From NCBI GenBank assembly GCA_964250845.1, contig CAXUIG010000002.1, positions 13,149-77,148 of the forward strand: a stretch of 64,000 bases of DNA, read 5' to 3'. The stretch comes from an uncultured bacterium. Its GTDB lineage: Bacteria > Cyanobacteriota > Cyanobacteriia > Cyanobacteriales > Chroococcidiopsidaceae. The position numbers and the translations under genes are program-made. The notes below the pieces were generated by a model that saw only the letters and a program-made list of their open reading frames with translations, did not search any database and was not told the origin of the DNA. Shown piece after piece: positions 1 through 15,000 of the stretch; the stretch's first letter is position 1; every line of letters begins with the position of its first letter.

Positions 1-3000
1 AATCTTGTTTTTGTAGCCAAGCGATGTAGTTGAGGTAGCTTCTTGCCGTTGGTTGGTCAGGTAAAGTTTCACCCTGCAAAATTACTTGATAAAAGTACAA
101 TAGGTCTTTGAAAACCAAAGGTACTGACCAGCCATCGAGCAATAAGTGATGAGAACTCCAAATGAATTGATAACTATCTGCACTCAGTTGGATGAGATTG
201 AGGTGCATCAGTGGTGCTTGAGACAGTTGGAAACCTTGTTGTCGCTGTGAGTGCAAAAAAATCTCTAATTGCTGTTGCTGCTCTTGTGCAGATAGCTCTC
301 GCCAATCATGAGTCTGTAGATTGACATCCACCTGCCGATACACGACTTGAAGTGGCTGGGTCAATTGCTCCCAAACAAAAGCAGTCCGCAAAATTGAATG
401 CTGTGCTATTACTTTCTGCCAAGCTTGCTCAAAAGCTGCCACGTTCAACTTCCCTGTCAAAGTGCAACTCAACTGCTCAAAATATACTCCTGAGTCTGGA
501 GCATACAAACTTTCAAACAGCATACCCTGTTGCATTGGAGAGAGCGGGTAAATCTCTTCAATATTTTTACATTTACTTTGATCTATTCCTTGTTTCAATG
601 CTAGGCTTGCCAACAGTTGATCTAGTTCTAGCTGGTTGAGCTTGACTAACGAGAAATCTGAGGGTGTATAACCGCCACTCTCAGGAGATGAACAATGAGC
701 AATTAGCCCTTGTAATGTCTTGACAAATTCTTGCGCCAGACCTTCAATTGTGGCGTGCTGGTGGACATTTGTGCTGTAAGTCCAATTGATTTGCAGTCGT
801 TCTCCAGTAATGATGCTGTTAATATCTAGCAAATAAGAGCGCTCGCCATGCACACTTTGGTTGTCTCCAGCAGACTCACTAGCCAGCTGCAGCCAGGAAG
901 ATGTATTGAGAAGTTGATCAAATTGACCCAGATAGTTGAAACTGATTTCTGCTTGAGGAAATGCCTGTAGTTGGGCAGCGATTTCTTCATCTTGACTCAG
1001 ATAGCGCAATAAGCCGTAACCAATTCCCTTGTTAGGAATAGCGCGCAGTTTTTCTTTGATATATTTTAAGGCATCTGCTGGATTTTCTGTTGCTTTCAGT
1101 TCCACAAGTACAGGGAAAATGGTCGTAAACCAACCGATGGTACGTGACAAATCCACACCATCAATAATATCTTCCCGCCCATGACCTTCTAAGTTGAACA
1201 GCACAGAGCTTGAGTTAATCCATTTGCCCAAAACCAGCACCAAGGCAGTCAGTAGCACATCATTAATCTGAGTGTTGTAGGCTTTTGGCACATCTTGCAG
1301 TAAGGCACGAGTTTGTGCCTCATTTAACGACACTGATACTGTACTAGCAGATGCAACAGTGTTCACCCCTTGTGTATAGTCCACTGGGATGGAAAGAACT
1401 GCGAAGCGAGATTCATTGAGCCAATAAGCCACTTCGGATTTCAGGGCTTCTGATTGTGCATATTCTGTTAATTTTTCAGACCAATCCTTGAAAGAAGTTG
1501 TTTTGGCAGGAAGCGCGATCGCTTTACCTTTGGCAAGTTGCTGGTAAGCGGTTTGCAAATCCTCTAACAGAATTCGCCAAGAAACACCGTCAACTACCAA
1601 GTGGTGGATGACTATGAGTAATCGAGCGGGTTTGTCAACACCCAACCAGAAAAAGGCTACTTCAAATAGATTTTCTGACAGATTCAAACTCGCCTGTAAG
1701 GAAGTTGCCTTAGCTTCAATGGCAGTTTTTTGCTCACTCTCTGGGAGTGCCGATAAGTCTATTTGGGAAAAAGCAACGTTATCAGTCGGAGCAGAGTGAA
1801 TCTGCTGCCAAGTGGAGTCAGAGTGTGTAAAACGTAAGCGCAGAGCATCATGCTGTAATAGCAATTGCTGCAATACTTGCTTTAATAGCTCTGGCTTGAG
1901 GTCAGATGGAACTGAGAGCAGAAATGATTGATTAAAGTGGTGCGGCTCTGGTAAATTTTGCTCAAATAAATAGTTTTGAATTGGCGTTAGAGGTAATGTC
2001 CCTGTGACTAATCCTTGTTCTATTTGGATAACACTCGCTATGTTTGCCACTGTGGCTAATTCCACAATTGTTTGATGTGCAAATAATTGCTTTAGAGTCA
2101 GTTGCAATCCTGCTTGCTTTGCTCTGCTGATGATTTGAATACTGAGAATGGAATCTCCACCAAGTTCAAAGAAGTTATCGTGAATTCCTACTTGCTCTAC
2201 TCTGAGAACTTGTGCCCAAATCTGCGCTAGTATTTCTTCAATTTGATTGCGTGGGGCTACAAAACTGACTTCCAGTTCTCCACGGGAGTCTGGTGCGGGC
2301 AAAGCGCGGCGGTCTACCTTGCCGTTGGCAGTTAGTGGTAGGGACTCTAGCATCACAAAAGCATGTGGCACCATGAAAGTAGGCAATTGATGCAACAGGA
2401 ACTGACGCAACTGGCTAATCGTGGGTGCATAGTCCTGATGCGGTACTACATAAGCAACTAAGCGCTTATCACCGGGAGTCTCTTCACGAGCAATGACACA
2501 AGATGCTTGCAAATCGCCATGTTGGCTCAGTACTGCTTCAATTTCGCCCAACTCGATGCGAAAACCGCGAATTTTAACTTGATTGTCTATACGTCCTAAG
2601 TATTCGATGTTACCATCACTCAAGTAGCGTGCTAAGTCCCCGGTTTTGTAGAGGCGGGAATGTGGATTAGTACTAAAGGGGTTGAGGATGAACTTTTCGG
2701 TTGTCAATTCTGGACGGTTCAGGTAGCCTTTTGCTAACCCCACACCACCAATGTACAATTCTCCTGGCACACCAATGGGAACAGCCTGTAAATACCTGTC
2801 TAGAATATATACAGTCTTGTTAGGCAGGGGACGACCAATAGGGATTTTTTTTAGATTGATTTCTTCACTAAACTGGGGAAGAATTTCAAACAGGGTTGCT
2901 GTGATGGTTGTCTCTGTGGGACCATAAGCGTTGAGCAGACGAACACAAGACATTGGGCTTTGTTGCCAAAGGGCAACATATTCGGGCAACATTACGTCTC

Positions 3001-6000
3001 CACCAACAATTACAAGTCTCAGTTGGCTGTTTCCATCTAACACTTGTGTTTTGACCCACTCTTGAGCCAATTGTTGCCAATAGGCTGTTGGGAGATTAAC
3101 AACAGTGAGTCCAAAATCAGAAATTATTTTTTGGAAGCTTGTCAGAGTCCATACATCTGAGGTTCGGAGTACCAAGGTAGCGCCAACCATTAGTGTAGGA
3201 AATATCTGCTCCAATGAGGCATCGAAGTTTATTGAGGCAAACTGGAGTACGCGATCACTGTACACAAGTGCGTAAGCCTGTTGAATAATACAGCAGTGGT
3301 TGGCAATCGCGCCATGTGGGATGAGAACCCCTTTGGGTCTGCCTGTAGAACCGGAAGTGTAAATCACATAAGCAAAATTAGTTGCTTGCACCTCTGTGAT
3401 TAGATTGTTCTGACTAGACTTAGAGACAAGGAGCCAGTCAGTATCCAAACAGACAAGCTGCGCTTGATGTTTAGGCAACCCCCCAATTAGATGCTGTTGG
3501 GTCAGCAGCACCGAAACTTGAGCATCTTCTAGCATAAAGCTAAGACGGTCTTGAGGATAGTCTGGGTCAAGCGGCACATAAGCCCCACCCGCCTTAAGAA
3601 TGCCAAGTAGTCCCACCACCATTTCCAGTGAGCGTTCCACACACAACCCAACCAGCACATCCGCTCCCACACCCAAAGACTGCAAGTAATGCGCCAACTG
3701 GTTAGCGCGACAGTTCAATTGGTAGTAAGTCAGTTGTTGATTTTCAAACACAACTGCCACAGCATCTGGAGTACGCTGAACCTGCTGCTCAAACAGATGA
3801 TGGATACACTTATCTAGTAGATAATCGGTTTGAGTATCGTTCCATTCAACTAATAACTGATGCTGCTCAATTTGTGTGAGCAAAGGCAATTGCGAAATCC
3901 GCTGCCTAGGGTTAGCAACAATACCTTCAAGCAATGTCTGAAAATGCCCAGTCATCCGCTCAATTGTGCTGGGATCAAATAAGTCAGTGCTATACTCCCA
4001 TACACCCACCAGTCCAGCAGTAGTGTTCTGCATTGATAAAGACAAATCAAACTTGGCAGTTGCGCTTTCTGCTGGCAAAGAACTTATAGTTAAGCCAGCA
4101 AGCTCTACTTCAGATATGGGCGCATTCTGAAGTGCAAACATCACTTGGAACAGTGGTGTATGGCTGAGGTCTCTTTGTGGCTGCAATGCTTCCACTAGCA
4201 TTTCAAATGGCAAGTCCTGATGAGCATAGGCATCCATTGCCATGAACCGAACGCGACTAAGTAATTCGCTAAAGCTAGGATTGCCTGCTAAGTTAGTACG
4301 CATTACTAAAGTGTTGACAAAGAAGCCAATTAACCCCTCTATCTCACTACGATTACGGTTAGCAATGGGAGAACCCACCAAAATATCTGATTGTCCTGTG
4401 TAGCGATAAAGTAACGTATCAAACGCTGCCAACAGCGTCATGAATAAAGTAACTCCTTGTTGCTGACTCAGTTTTGTCAGCCTACCAGTTAGCTCAACTG
4501 AGAGTGAAAACTTTTGATATGCTCCTGCGAAAGTCTGCACAGATGGTCTGGGTCGATCTGTGGGGAGGGACAACAAAGCTGGTGCATCTGCCAGTTGTTG
4601 TTGCCAGTAACTCAGTTGGTTTTGCAGTACATCCCCTTGCAACCAGTGTCTTTGCCAGATGGCAAAATCTGCATACTGAATCGGCAGCGGTGCTAAGGGT
4701 GAGGGCTGACCTTGAGAGTAAGCATTGTATAGTGCTGCTAGCTCTTGGACAAACACACCCATTGACCAGCCATCACTGACAACATGATGCATACATACTA
4801 ACAAGACATGTTCTGTCTCGGACAGCACAATTAATGTTGCCGTAATTAATGCTTGGTTTGCCAAGTCAAACGGTTGAATAGCTTGTCGTTGCACTAATTG
4901 CTGGCTAGTAATTTCTTGCTCAGTTGTCGATAAATGCTGCCAGTCAATTACTGACATCCTCCAAGCAGTTTCTGTGTAAATAATTTGAGAAGGTTTTCCA
5001 TCAACTATGACAAAGTTAGTGCGTAATGCTTCGTGGCGAACAATGATTTCATGCAAGCTTTGTTCTAAGGCTGTCACCCTCAGAGTTCCTACTAGGCGCA
5101 AAGCTAAAGGTATGTTGTATAAGGCACTGTTCGACTCGAATTGGTCTAAAAACCACAGACGCTGTTGAGCAAATGATAGTGGTAATTCTGCATTCTTTGC
5201 TCTTGGTAAGATGGGTGGAGAAGTTAGTTTTAAGTTTTGTTGCTGTAACTGCCCAATCAGATGCGCCAATTCCGCAACTGTTGCTCTGGCAAACAACTCA
5301 CGCAATGGTAGTTCCACTTTGAGAATGTTGCGGATGTGTGAAACCAATTGTGTTGCTAGCAGCGAGTGTCCGCCAAGTTCAAAGAAGTTATCATGAATGC
5401 CCACTCGCTCTACTTTCAGCACTTGTGCCCAAAGGAGTGCCAGCATTTCTTCGATTGGGTTGCGTGAGGCAACATATTTGTCTTTTTGTTCGCTGTGTAA
5501 ATCCGGTACGGGTAGGGCACGGCGGTCTACTTTGCCGTTGGGAGTAAGCGGCAGCGACTCCAGGATAACTATTGCATTTGGCACCATGTACTCTGGCAGC
5601 TTTGCTTTCAGGAATTGGCGCAGTTTGCTGATTGTGGGTGTACAGTCCTGATGTGCTACCACGTAGGCGACTAAGCGTTTATCACCTGGGGTATCTTCGC
5701 GGGCGATGACACAAGATACCTGCACATCACCATGTTGGCTCAGGACTGTTTCAATTTCTCCCAATTCGATGCGGAAGCCGCGTATTTTTACTTGATTATC
5801 AATTCGTCCCAAGTATTCGATATTGCCGTCACTTAAGTATCGTGCTTTATCCCCGGTTTTGTAGAGGCGGGAATCGGGGTAGTTGCTAAAGGGGTTGGGG
5901 ATGAATTTCTCTTGTGTTAACTCTGGTCGGTTAAGGTACTCTTTTGCTAGACCATCTCCCGCAATATATACTTCTCCCGGCACACCAACGCCTACTGGCT

Positions 6001-9000
6001 GTAGTTGGGAATCTAACACATAGATTTGCGTGTTGGAAATTGGTCGCCCGATGGGAATAGTTGTAGCGCCTTCGGGGACATCCTGCACTAAGTACCAGGA
6101 AGTAAATGTTGTATTTTCTGTTGGTCCATAAACATGCAGCAGTCGCTGTGGCGCACCATTTTTCAGTACTTCTTTGACCCATTTAGGATCGACAGCTTCT
6201 CCTCCAAATAGAAGCTCCCGCACTGTATTGAAAGCACAGGGAACTTCCTGGGCAACTTGATTGAACAAAGCAGTTGTCAAGAATAACACGCTGATTCCTT
6301 GCGCTTGAATAAAGGTTGCGAAATCTTTTGGCGCCAGAGCCAAATCTTTGCTAACCCCTACCAGCCGTGCTCCTTGAAGTAGCGCTCCCCAAATTTCAAA
6401 GGTCGCAGCGTCGAAGGCGTAATTTGAGGCTTGTGCAATTACATCTTTAGCAGAAAAGCTCACATAGTCGGTTTGTTTGACTAATCGAACTACACCTCGA
6501 TGGACAATGCTAACACCTTTGGGTTGACCTGTAGAACCAGAGGTGTACATTACATAAGCTAAGTTATCAGCTTTGATGTTAGTAGTCGGGTTCTGTTGTG
6601 TTTCTTGATTGATGAGATCCCAGTTTGTGTCTAAGTAAATTCCACAAGCTTTGTGATTGGGTAGTTTGTTAACTAGTTTTTCTTGAGTCAATAAGACTGA
6701 TATCTGAGTGTCTTCGAGCATGAAGCTTAAGCGCTCTTGGGGATACTCTGGGTCGAGAGGTACATAAGCACCACCCGCCTTGAGAATTCCCAACATTCCC
6801 ACCACCATTTCTAATGAACGTTCAACACACAACCCAACCAGTACTTCTGGTCTGACCCCAAGTGTTTGTAGATAATGGGCGAGTTGATTTGCTCTTGCGT
6901 TTAACTCGGCATAGGTCAGGTGTTGATCTCCAAATATCACCGCCGTTTCATTGGGTGTTTGCTCTACTTGCGCTTCAAACAACTGGTGAATGCATTTATC
7001 TTTAGGATATTCTACTGCTGTCTGGTTCCATTCCACCAGAAGTTGATGGCGCTCCTCTAAAGAAACAAGAGAGTGCAACTCATAACGTCCTTGTGGCTGG
7101 TTCGCCATTGCAGCAAGAACTTTGATGTAATAATCACTAATCCTATTGATTTGTTCGGAGCATAACTCACACACATCGTACTTCAAATTCAGTCCTACCT
7201 CAGACGAGCTTGGACTCACGCTGAATTGAGCAAGAAAAGTAAAGTTTGTTTGTTCAAAAAACTTTCCACCTACTAGCTGCAAATTATCGAGTCCCAGCAC
7301 CTGTTCGTAGACATGGAAATGGGTGAAATTAAACGCCGTCTCAAACAAAGATTCACCACCCAAACTCCTCTGTATTTCCGCCAAAGGATAGCGACGGTGT
7401 GGCAACATTTCTCGTTCTGCTGCAAACACTTGCCGTACTAGTTCTATCCAAGTGCCTCCACCCAATTGCAGGCGAAATGGCAATGTATTGAGGAATAGTC
7501 CCAGGACTCGCTCACCATCACTTTGTTCAGGTCGTCCGTTAGCTGCTAAACCCGTTAGTACGTCTGACTCACCACTTAGGAAATTTAACACTCGCAGATG
7601 TGCAGCCAACAGCACACTCTTGAGTGGAACTTCTGCGGACTGAGCCAGTTGTTTTAAGCCTTCAAAAATCTCAGGAGATAAAGTTACCTCTTGAACACCA
7701 ATTTCTGTAATATTGGTGTTTGTTGGTATAGAAGACCAGCGAGGCAATTTGGTGAAAGTGCTGTCATTTAACTTTTCACTCCAGTAGCGCTGAGTCTCGG
7801 ATGAGGCGATCGCTTGTTGCTCTAAAGCTACAAAATCCCGGAACGCAATACTGAATTGTGGCGATACATAATCGACTTGCTTGTCTAAAAGCGACAAGTA
7901 ACGCTTAAACAACTCACTCATCATTGAGGCAACACTCCACCCATCGAGAATGGCATGGTGGAAGCTCAAAGCCAGATTAAATGTCTCCTGTGTGCGACGA
8001 TGAACAAAGAAACGCACTAAGGGAGGATGAGTCCAATCAAAATGCCGTTTCTTTTCGGCTTCAAACCAAGCAGCTAAGGCTTCTTCTTGCTCAGAATGAT
8101 TCAAATGACACCAATCCTCCATTTGCAAGGGAACCTCAACTTGCTGATGAACCAGCTGCAACGGAATACTGAAATTACTAAGCTCAAATGAGGTTCGCAG
8201 TACAGCGTGATGATTGACTAAATCTTGGACAGCGACTTGTAAAAGTTGAACATCAAGAGGGGTTTTGAGGTGGAAACTGAAAATGTCGTGATAGACTGCA
8301 CTATCTTGGCTGTACTCACTGTGGTAAATCATTCCCATTTGCAGTATAGCCAGAGGATAGGCATCCTCTAGACCATTAGGTAACTGCTGTTTGTCTGTTT
8401 GGGAAATGAGACTGAATGGTTGAGTTAATTCTAATTTTGTGGTGTCATTCTCTTGTGTTTTCAGTTCTTGGACTAGCTCGTGAATCGTCTGATGTTGGAA
8501 TAGCTGTTGCACAGAGAAACTCAAACCTTGTTCTTTAGCTTGAGACAGCACTTGAATACTACGGATAGAATCTCCACCTAAAGCAAAGAAGTTATCATTA
8601 ATACCCACCTGCTCAACACTGAGAACCTTAGCCCAGATGGCGGATAATATTTTCTCTTCAGGAGTGCTAGGAGCGACAAAAACATCTTCTAGTTCTGGTC
8701 TTGCAGTGTCAGGTGCTCTCAATGCGCGACGGTCTACCTTACCGTTTGCTGTCAGTGGTAGAGCTTCTAACTGTACAAAAGCACTTGGTACCATGTACTC
8801 TGGCAGCTTTTGTTTGAGGAAGCGACGTAGTTCTGCGGCTGTGGGAGATTGTTCTGTCTCCGGCACAACGTAAGCCACTAGACGTTTGTTGCCCGGTTCA
8901 TCCTCGCGAACCACCACCACGCTTTCCCAGATGGCTGGGTGAGAAGCCAGTAGTGCCTCAATTTCTCCCAACTCAATGCGGAAACCGCGAATCTTGACTT

Positions 9001-12000
9001 GATTGTCGATGCGTCCTAAATACTCCAACTCGCCATTGGGCAAATAACGCGCTAAGTCACCTGTTTTATATAATTTTGAATTTTGAATTTTGAATTTTGA
9101 ATTGTCAAAGGGATTAGAGATAAACCTTTGTGCTGTGAGTTCAGGACGATTGAGATAGCCACGCGCCACCCCAGCACCACCAACGTACATTTCACCAGGA
9201 ACTCCAATCGGCACTGGCTGTAAATGTTCATCTAGCAGATACACCTGTAAGTCGGGAATCGGACGACCAATCACACTTGCTGTGCCATTCAAATCGGCTT
9301 TGCTCAATGGACGGTAGGTGACGTGTACAGTGGTTTCCGTAATCCCGTACATATTCACTAACAGGGGTGAGCGATCGCCGTGGCGTTCAAACCAAGGCTG
9401 CAAACTCTTCAGTTCTAAAGCTTCTCCACCGAAAATAACCAAGCGCAAGTTCAAGTCGCCAATAGTTACTTGAGATTGTTCTGCTTGAATTAACTGGCGG
9501 AAGGCTGAAGGTGTTTGATTGAGAATTGTTACTTTCTCTTGACACAATAATTGATAGAACGATTCGGGTGATCGCGTCACTAAGTAAGGCACTACTACCA
9601 GTCGTCCACCGTACAGCAGAGCGCCCCAAATTTCCCAAACAGAGAAGTCGAAGGCGTAGGAGTGGAACATTGTCCACACGTCTTGAGCGTTGAAGTTATA
9701 CCAGGAGTTTGTCGCTGCAAACAGACGAACTACATTTGAGTGGTTAACTAAGGTGCCTTTCGGTTGACCTGTAGATCCTGATGTGTAAATGACATAAGCT
9801 AAGTTGTCATTTGTAGAGCCACTAATAAGATTGTCTTTACTTTCGGTAGATATGTCTTCCCAGTCTTTATCTAAGCAGACTACACGCGCCCCATGTTCCG
9901 GTAAACTAGTGAGCAATTTCTCTTGAGTCAACAGGACTGATACCTGTGAATCATTCAGCATATATGCCAAACGGTCTTGAGGATAGTCTGGGTCAAGTGG
10001 CACATAAGCCCCACCAGCTTTGAGAATACCAAGTAGTCCCACCAGCATTTCCAGCGATCGTTCCACACACAACCCGAGCAGCACCTCCGCTCCCACGCCC
10101 AAAGACTTCAGGTAGTGCGCCAACTGGTTAGCGCGAGTATTTAACTGCTGGTAAGTCAGTTGTCGATTTTCAAACACCACAGCTACAGCATCGGGGGTAC
10201 GCTCTACCTGCTCCTCAAACAACTGATGGATACACTTATCAAAAGGATAATCTGCTTGGGTCGAGTTCCACTCAACTAACAACTGATGCTGCTCAACTTG
10301 TGTCAGCAAAGGCAATTGCGAAATCCGCTGCATAGGGTTAGCAACAATACCTTCCAGCAAGGTAACAAAATGCCCAGTCATCCGCTCAATTGTGCTTGCA
10401 TCAAATAAATCAGTACTATACTCCCATACACCCACCAGTCCATCAGCAGTGTTCTGCATTAATAAAGACAAATCAAACTTGGCAGTTGCGCCTGATGCTG
10501 GCAAAGAGGTGATAGTTAACCCAGCAAGCTCTACTTCAGATATGGGCGCATTCTGGAGAGCAAACATCACCTGGAATAGTGGTGTATAGCCCAGATCCCG
10601 TTGGGGCTGCAATGCTTCCACCAGCATTTCAAAAGGCAAGTCCTGATGAGCATACGCTCCTAAAGCTATTTCCCGAACACGAAGGAGTAATTCGTTAAAA
10701 GTGGGGTGGCCTGCCAAGTTGGTACGCATGACTAAAGTATTGACAAAAAAGCCAATTAACCCCTCTATCTCACTACGATTACGGTTGGCAATGGGAGACC
10801 CCACTAAAATGTCTGATTGTCCTGTGTAGCGGTAAAGTAGGGTATCAAACGCTGCCAACAGCGTCATGAACAGCGTCACTCCTTGTTGCTGGCTTAGTTG
10901 CGTGAGTCCATCAGTGAGATCAAAGGAGAGTACAAACTTTTGATATGCCCCTGCGAAAGTCTGCACAGCAGGTCTGGGTCGGTCTGTGGGTAAGGACAAC
11001 AAAGCTGGTGCATTTGTTAGTTGTTGTTGCCAGTAACTCAGTTGAGTTTGCAGTACATCCCCTTGCAACCACTGTCGCTGCCAGATGGCAAAATCTGCAT
11101 ACTGAATCGGCAGTGGCGCTAACGGTGAAGGCTGACCTTGAGAATAAGCATTGTACAGTGCTGCTAATTCTTGCACAAACACACCCATTGACCAGGCATC
11201 AGAGACAACATGGTGCATACACACTAACAATACTTTTTCTGTCTCGGACAGCACAATTAATGTTGCTCTGACTAATGGTTGGTTTGCTAGGTCAAACGGT
11301 TGAATAGCTTGTTGCTGCGCTAATTGCTGTGTAGCAATTTCTTGCTCGCTTGTTGGCAGATGTTGCCAGTCAATAATTGATAGTGTCCAATTTGTTCGTA
11401 TTTGAATGATTTGAGAAGGTTTTCCATCAACTATGACGAAGTTGGTGCGTAACGCTTCATGGCGAGAAATTATTGCTCGCAAGCTTTGTTCTAAGGCAGC
11501 TCGATTGAGAGTTCCTACTAGACGCAAAGCTATAGGTAAGTTGTATAAGGGGCTGTTCGGCTGTAACTGGTCTAAAAACCACAGACGCTGTTGGGCAAAC
11601 GATAGTGGTGATTGAGCATTCTTTGCTCTTGCTAAGATAGGTGGAGAAGTTAGTTCTAAGTCCTGTTGCTGCAAACGTTGAATGTTTTGGGAAAATTCCG
11701 CAACTGTTGGTGCAGTAAATAAGCTACGCAACGGTAGTTCTACTTTCAAGCTAGTACGCACGCGGGAGATGAGTTGCGTTGCTAGCAGCGAGTGTCCTCC
11801 GAGTTCAAAGAAGTTATCATGTATGCCTACTTGCTCTACTTTCAGCACTTTTGCCCAAATTAGTGACAAGATTTCTTCGATTGGGTTACGTGAGGCGACA
11901 AATTTGTCTTTTCGTTCGCTGTGTAAATTTGGTGTGGGCAAAGCGCGGCGGTTTACTTTGCCGCTAGGAGTTAGTGGCAAGGACTCCAAGATTACAAAAG

Positions 12001-15000
12001 CCTGGGGCACCATGTAGTCTGGGAGTTTTGCTTTGAGGAATTGCCGCAGTTCACTGATTGTGGGTGTACAGTCCTGATGTGCTACCACGTAGGCAACTAA
12101 GCGTTTATCACCTGGGGTATCTTCGCGGGCAATGATACAAGATGCTTGCACATCGCCATGCTGGCTCAGTACTGCTTCAACCTCGCCCAATTCAATGCGG
12201 AAACCTCGGATTTTTACCTGATTGTCAATGCGTCCCAAATATTCAATATTGCCATCACTTAAATAGCGTGCTTTATCCCCGGTTTGGTAGAGGCGGGAAT
12301 GGGGGTAGTTGCTAAAGGGGTTGGGGATAAATTTCTGTTTTGTTAACTCTGGTCGGTTGAAATAACCCCGCGCTAAAGGGGTACCACTAATGTGCAATTC
12401 TCCTGGCACACCGATAGGTACAGGCTGTAAATATTTATCTAAGATGTATATCTGTGTATTAGCAATTGGTCGCCCAATGGGAGGAAGTAGCGGCCAATTC
12501 TCCACTGAATTAGTCAGAGTAAAAGTGGTGACGGCATGGCTCTCCGATGGCCCATAATGATTGTGCAAAGTACAATTAGTCAGTTGGCTTAACCAATGAG
12601 AAATGGCGGGAGTAATCTGCAACTGTTCGCCAGCAGTAATGATTTCCCGTAGATTACTCGTCACTGATTCACTACCAACATATGCTTCAGCTAGTTGCTG
12701 CAAGGCAACAAAGGGGAGAAACAGTCTCTCAACAGCTTGTTCTTGGATAAAACCTAACAAAGCTGATGCATCTCGGCGCAATTCCTCCCCAATTAAGAAC
12801 AATGTGCCTCCAGAACACCAGGTAGAGAATATTTCTTGGAAGGAGACATCAAAGCTGATAGGAGCAAATTGCAGGGTTTTTGCTCCACGAGAAATTTTCA
12901 TGTTTTCCAGGTGCCACAGGATCAGATTGCAAAGGGCAAGCTGATTCATAGCTACACCCTTAGGCTGACCTGTAGAACCGGAGGTGTAAATTATATAAGC
13001 TAAGTTATTCGCTTGTACACCTGTGGTGGGATTTTCCTGACTCAACTGGGAAATCAGTTGCCAGTCAATATCTAAGCAAACAAGATGTGGTTTGTGCTGG
13101 GGAAGTCTGTCGAGGAGTGATTGCTGGGTCAGCAACACTGAAACTTGAGCATCTTCTAACATGAAACTCAGGCGTTCAGTTGGATACTCTGGGTCAAGTG
13201 GTACATAAGCCCCACCTGCCTTAAGAATTCCTAACAGTCCCACGACCATTTCTAAAGAACGCTCGACACACACACCGACCAACACATCAGCTCCCACACC
13301 CAAAGATTTCAGGTAGTGCGCCAACTGGTTAGCGCGGCAGTTCAATTGGTAGTAAGTCAGTTGTTGATTTTCAAACTCCACCGCTACAGCATTGGGTGTA
13401 CGCTCCACCTGCTCCTCAAACAACTGATGAATACACTTATCTTGGGGATAATCCGCCTGAGTATTGTTCCACTCCACTAATAACTGCTGTTGCTCAACTT
13501 GTGTCAGCAGGGGCAATTGGGAAATTTGCTGAATAGGGTTAGCAATAATACCTTCAAGCAACGTCACAAAATGACCCGCCATCCGCTCGATAGTGCTAGC
13601 ATCAAACAAGTCAGTGTTGTATTGCCACACACCTACCAGCCCAGTACTAGTCTTTTTAATGAATAAAGTCAAATCAAACTTGGCAGTTGTCCTTTCTGTC
13701 GCTAATGGACTGACAGTTAACCCAGTCAGTTCTACTTCAGATATGGGCGCATTTTCGAGGACAAACATTACCTGAAACAGTGGTGTATGACTCAGGTCTC
13801 GTTGTGGCTGCAAAACTTTAACCAACTCCTCAAACGGGAGGTCTGGATGAGCGTAAGCTTGCAGTGTCAGTTGCCGCACTCGGTTCAGCAACTGTTGAAA
13901 GCTGGGATTGCCTGACAAATCGGTACGTAGTACTAAAGTGTTGACAAGAAAGCCAATTAACCCTTCAAGTTCCAAGTGATCGCGTTTAGCAATGGGCGTG
14001 CCCACTACAATGTCATCGGAGCCTGTATAACGATAAAGCAAGGTAACAAATGCTGCGAACAGCGTCATGAATAGGGTGGCTCCCTCTTGCCTAGTAAAAT
14101 TGGCAAGCGCTTCACTCAGTTCAATTGAAAGTTCGACACTTTGGAGTGCGCCCCGGAAAGTTTGAATGGCTGGTCTAGGTCTGTCTGTGGGTAATTCTAG
14201 TAAGGTAGGAGCGTTTTTGAGTAGTTGCTTCCAGTAGTCAAGCTGCGTTTGGAGTGCTTCTGTTTGCAACGACTGCCGTTGCCAAATAGCAAAGTCGGCA
14301 TACTGAATTGGTAACTCAGGTAGCTCTGGGGACAATTTATTGCAGAGGGCTGAGTAAATGGTTCCTAATTCCTGCATCAATACGCCCATTGACCAACCGT
14401 CAAAGACAATGTGGTGTATTGTTAGTAGCAAGACGTGTTCTACCTCTGTGAGTTTAACCACAGAAGCTCGGATTAAAGGAGAACTAGCAAGGTCAAAGGG
14501 TCGAGTAGCTTCTGCCGTGGCTAATTGTTGACAAACAATTTTTCTTTCACTTTCAAGTAGTTCTGTTAGGTCTACTACTGGAACACTTAAAGTTAAGCTG
14601 TCAGCAATTACTTGGACTGGCTGCTCGTTGATGGTGCGGAAGTTGGTACGTAAGGCTTCGTGGCGGGCGATAATTTTGTTGAGGCTTTGCTCTAGCGCCA
14701 CGACGTTCAAGTAACCATGAAGTTTTAGAGCTGCTTGTTCGTTGTAGAAGGGGTTATCTGGTTCCAACTGGTTTAATAACCAGAGTTGTTCTTGGGCAAA
14801 AGACAAAGGTAAGTTCTGAGGACGCTCGGCTTTGATTGGGTGTAAATCTGTAGCGGTGGCGATCGCATTTTTCTGGTGCAGCAACAAAATAAGTTCTGCT
14901 TTATACTTAACCAGTAAATCACGAGTTTCTGGTGTCAATACTCCTTTTGGCGCATTAACACGCAACTGCTCACCTTCAACCCACAACTTCACACCCTGCT

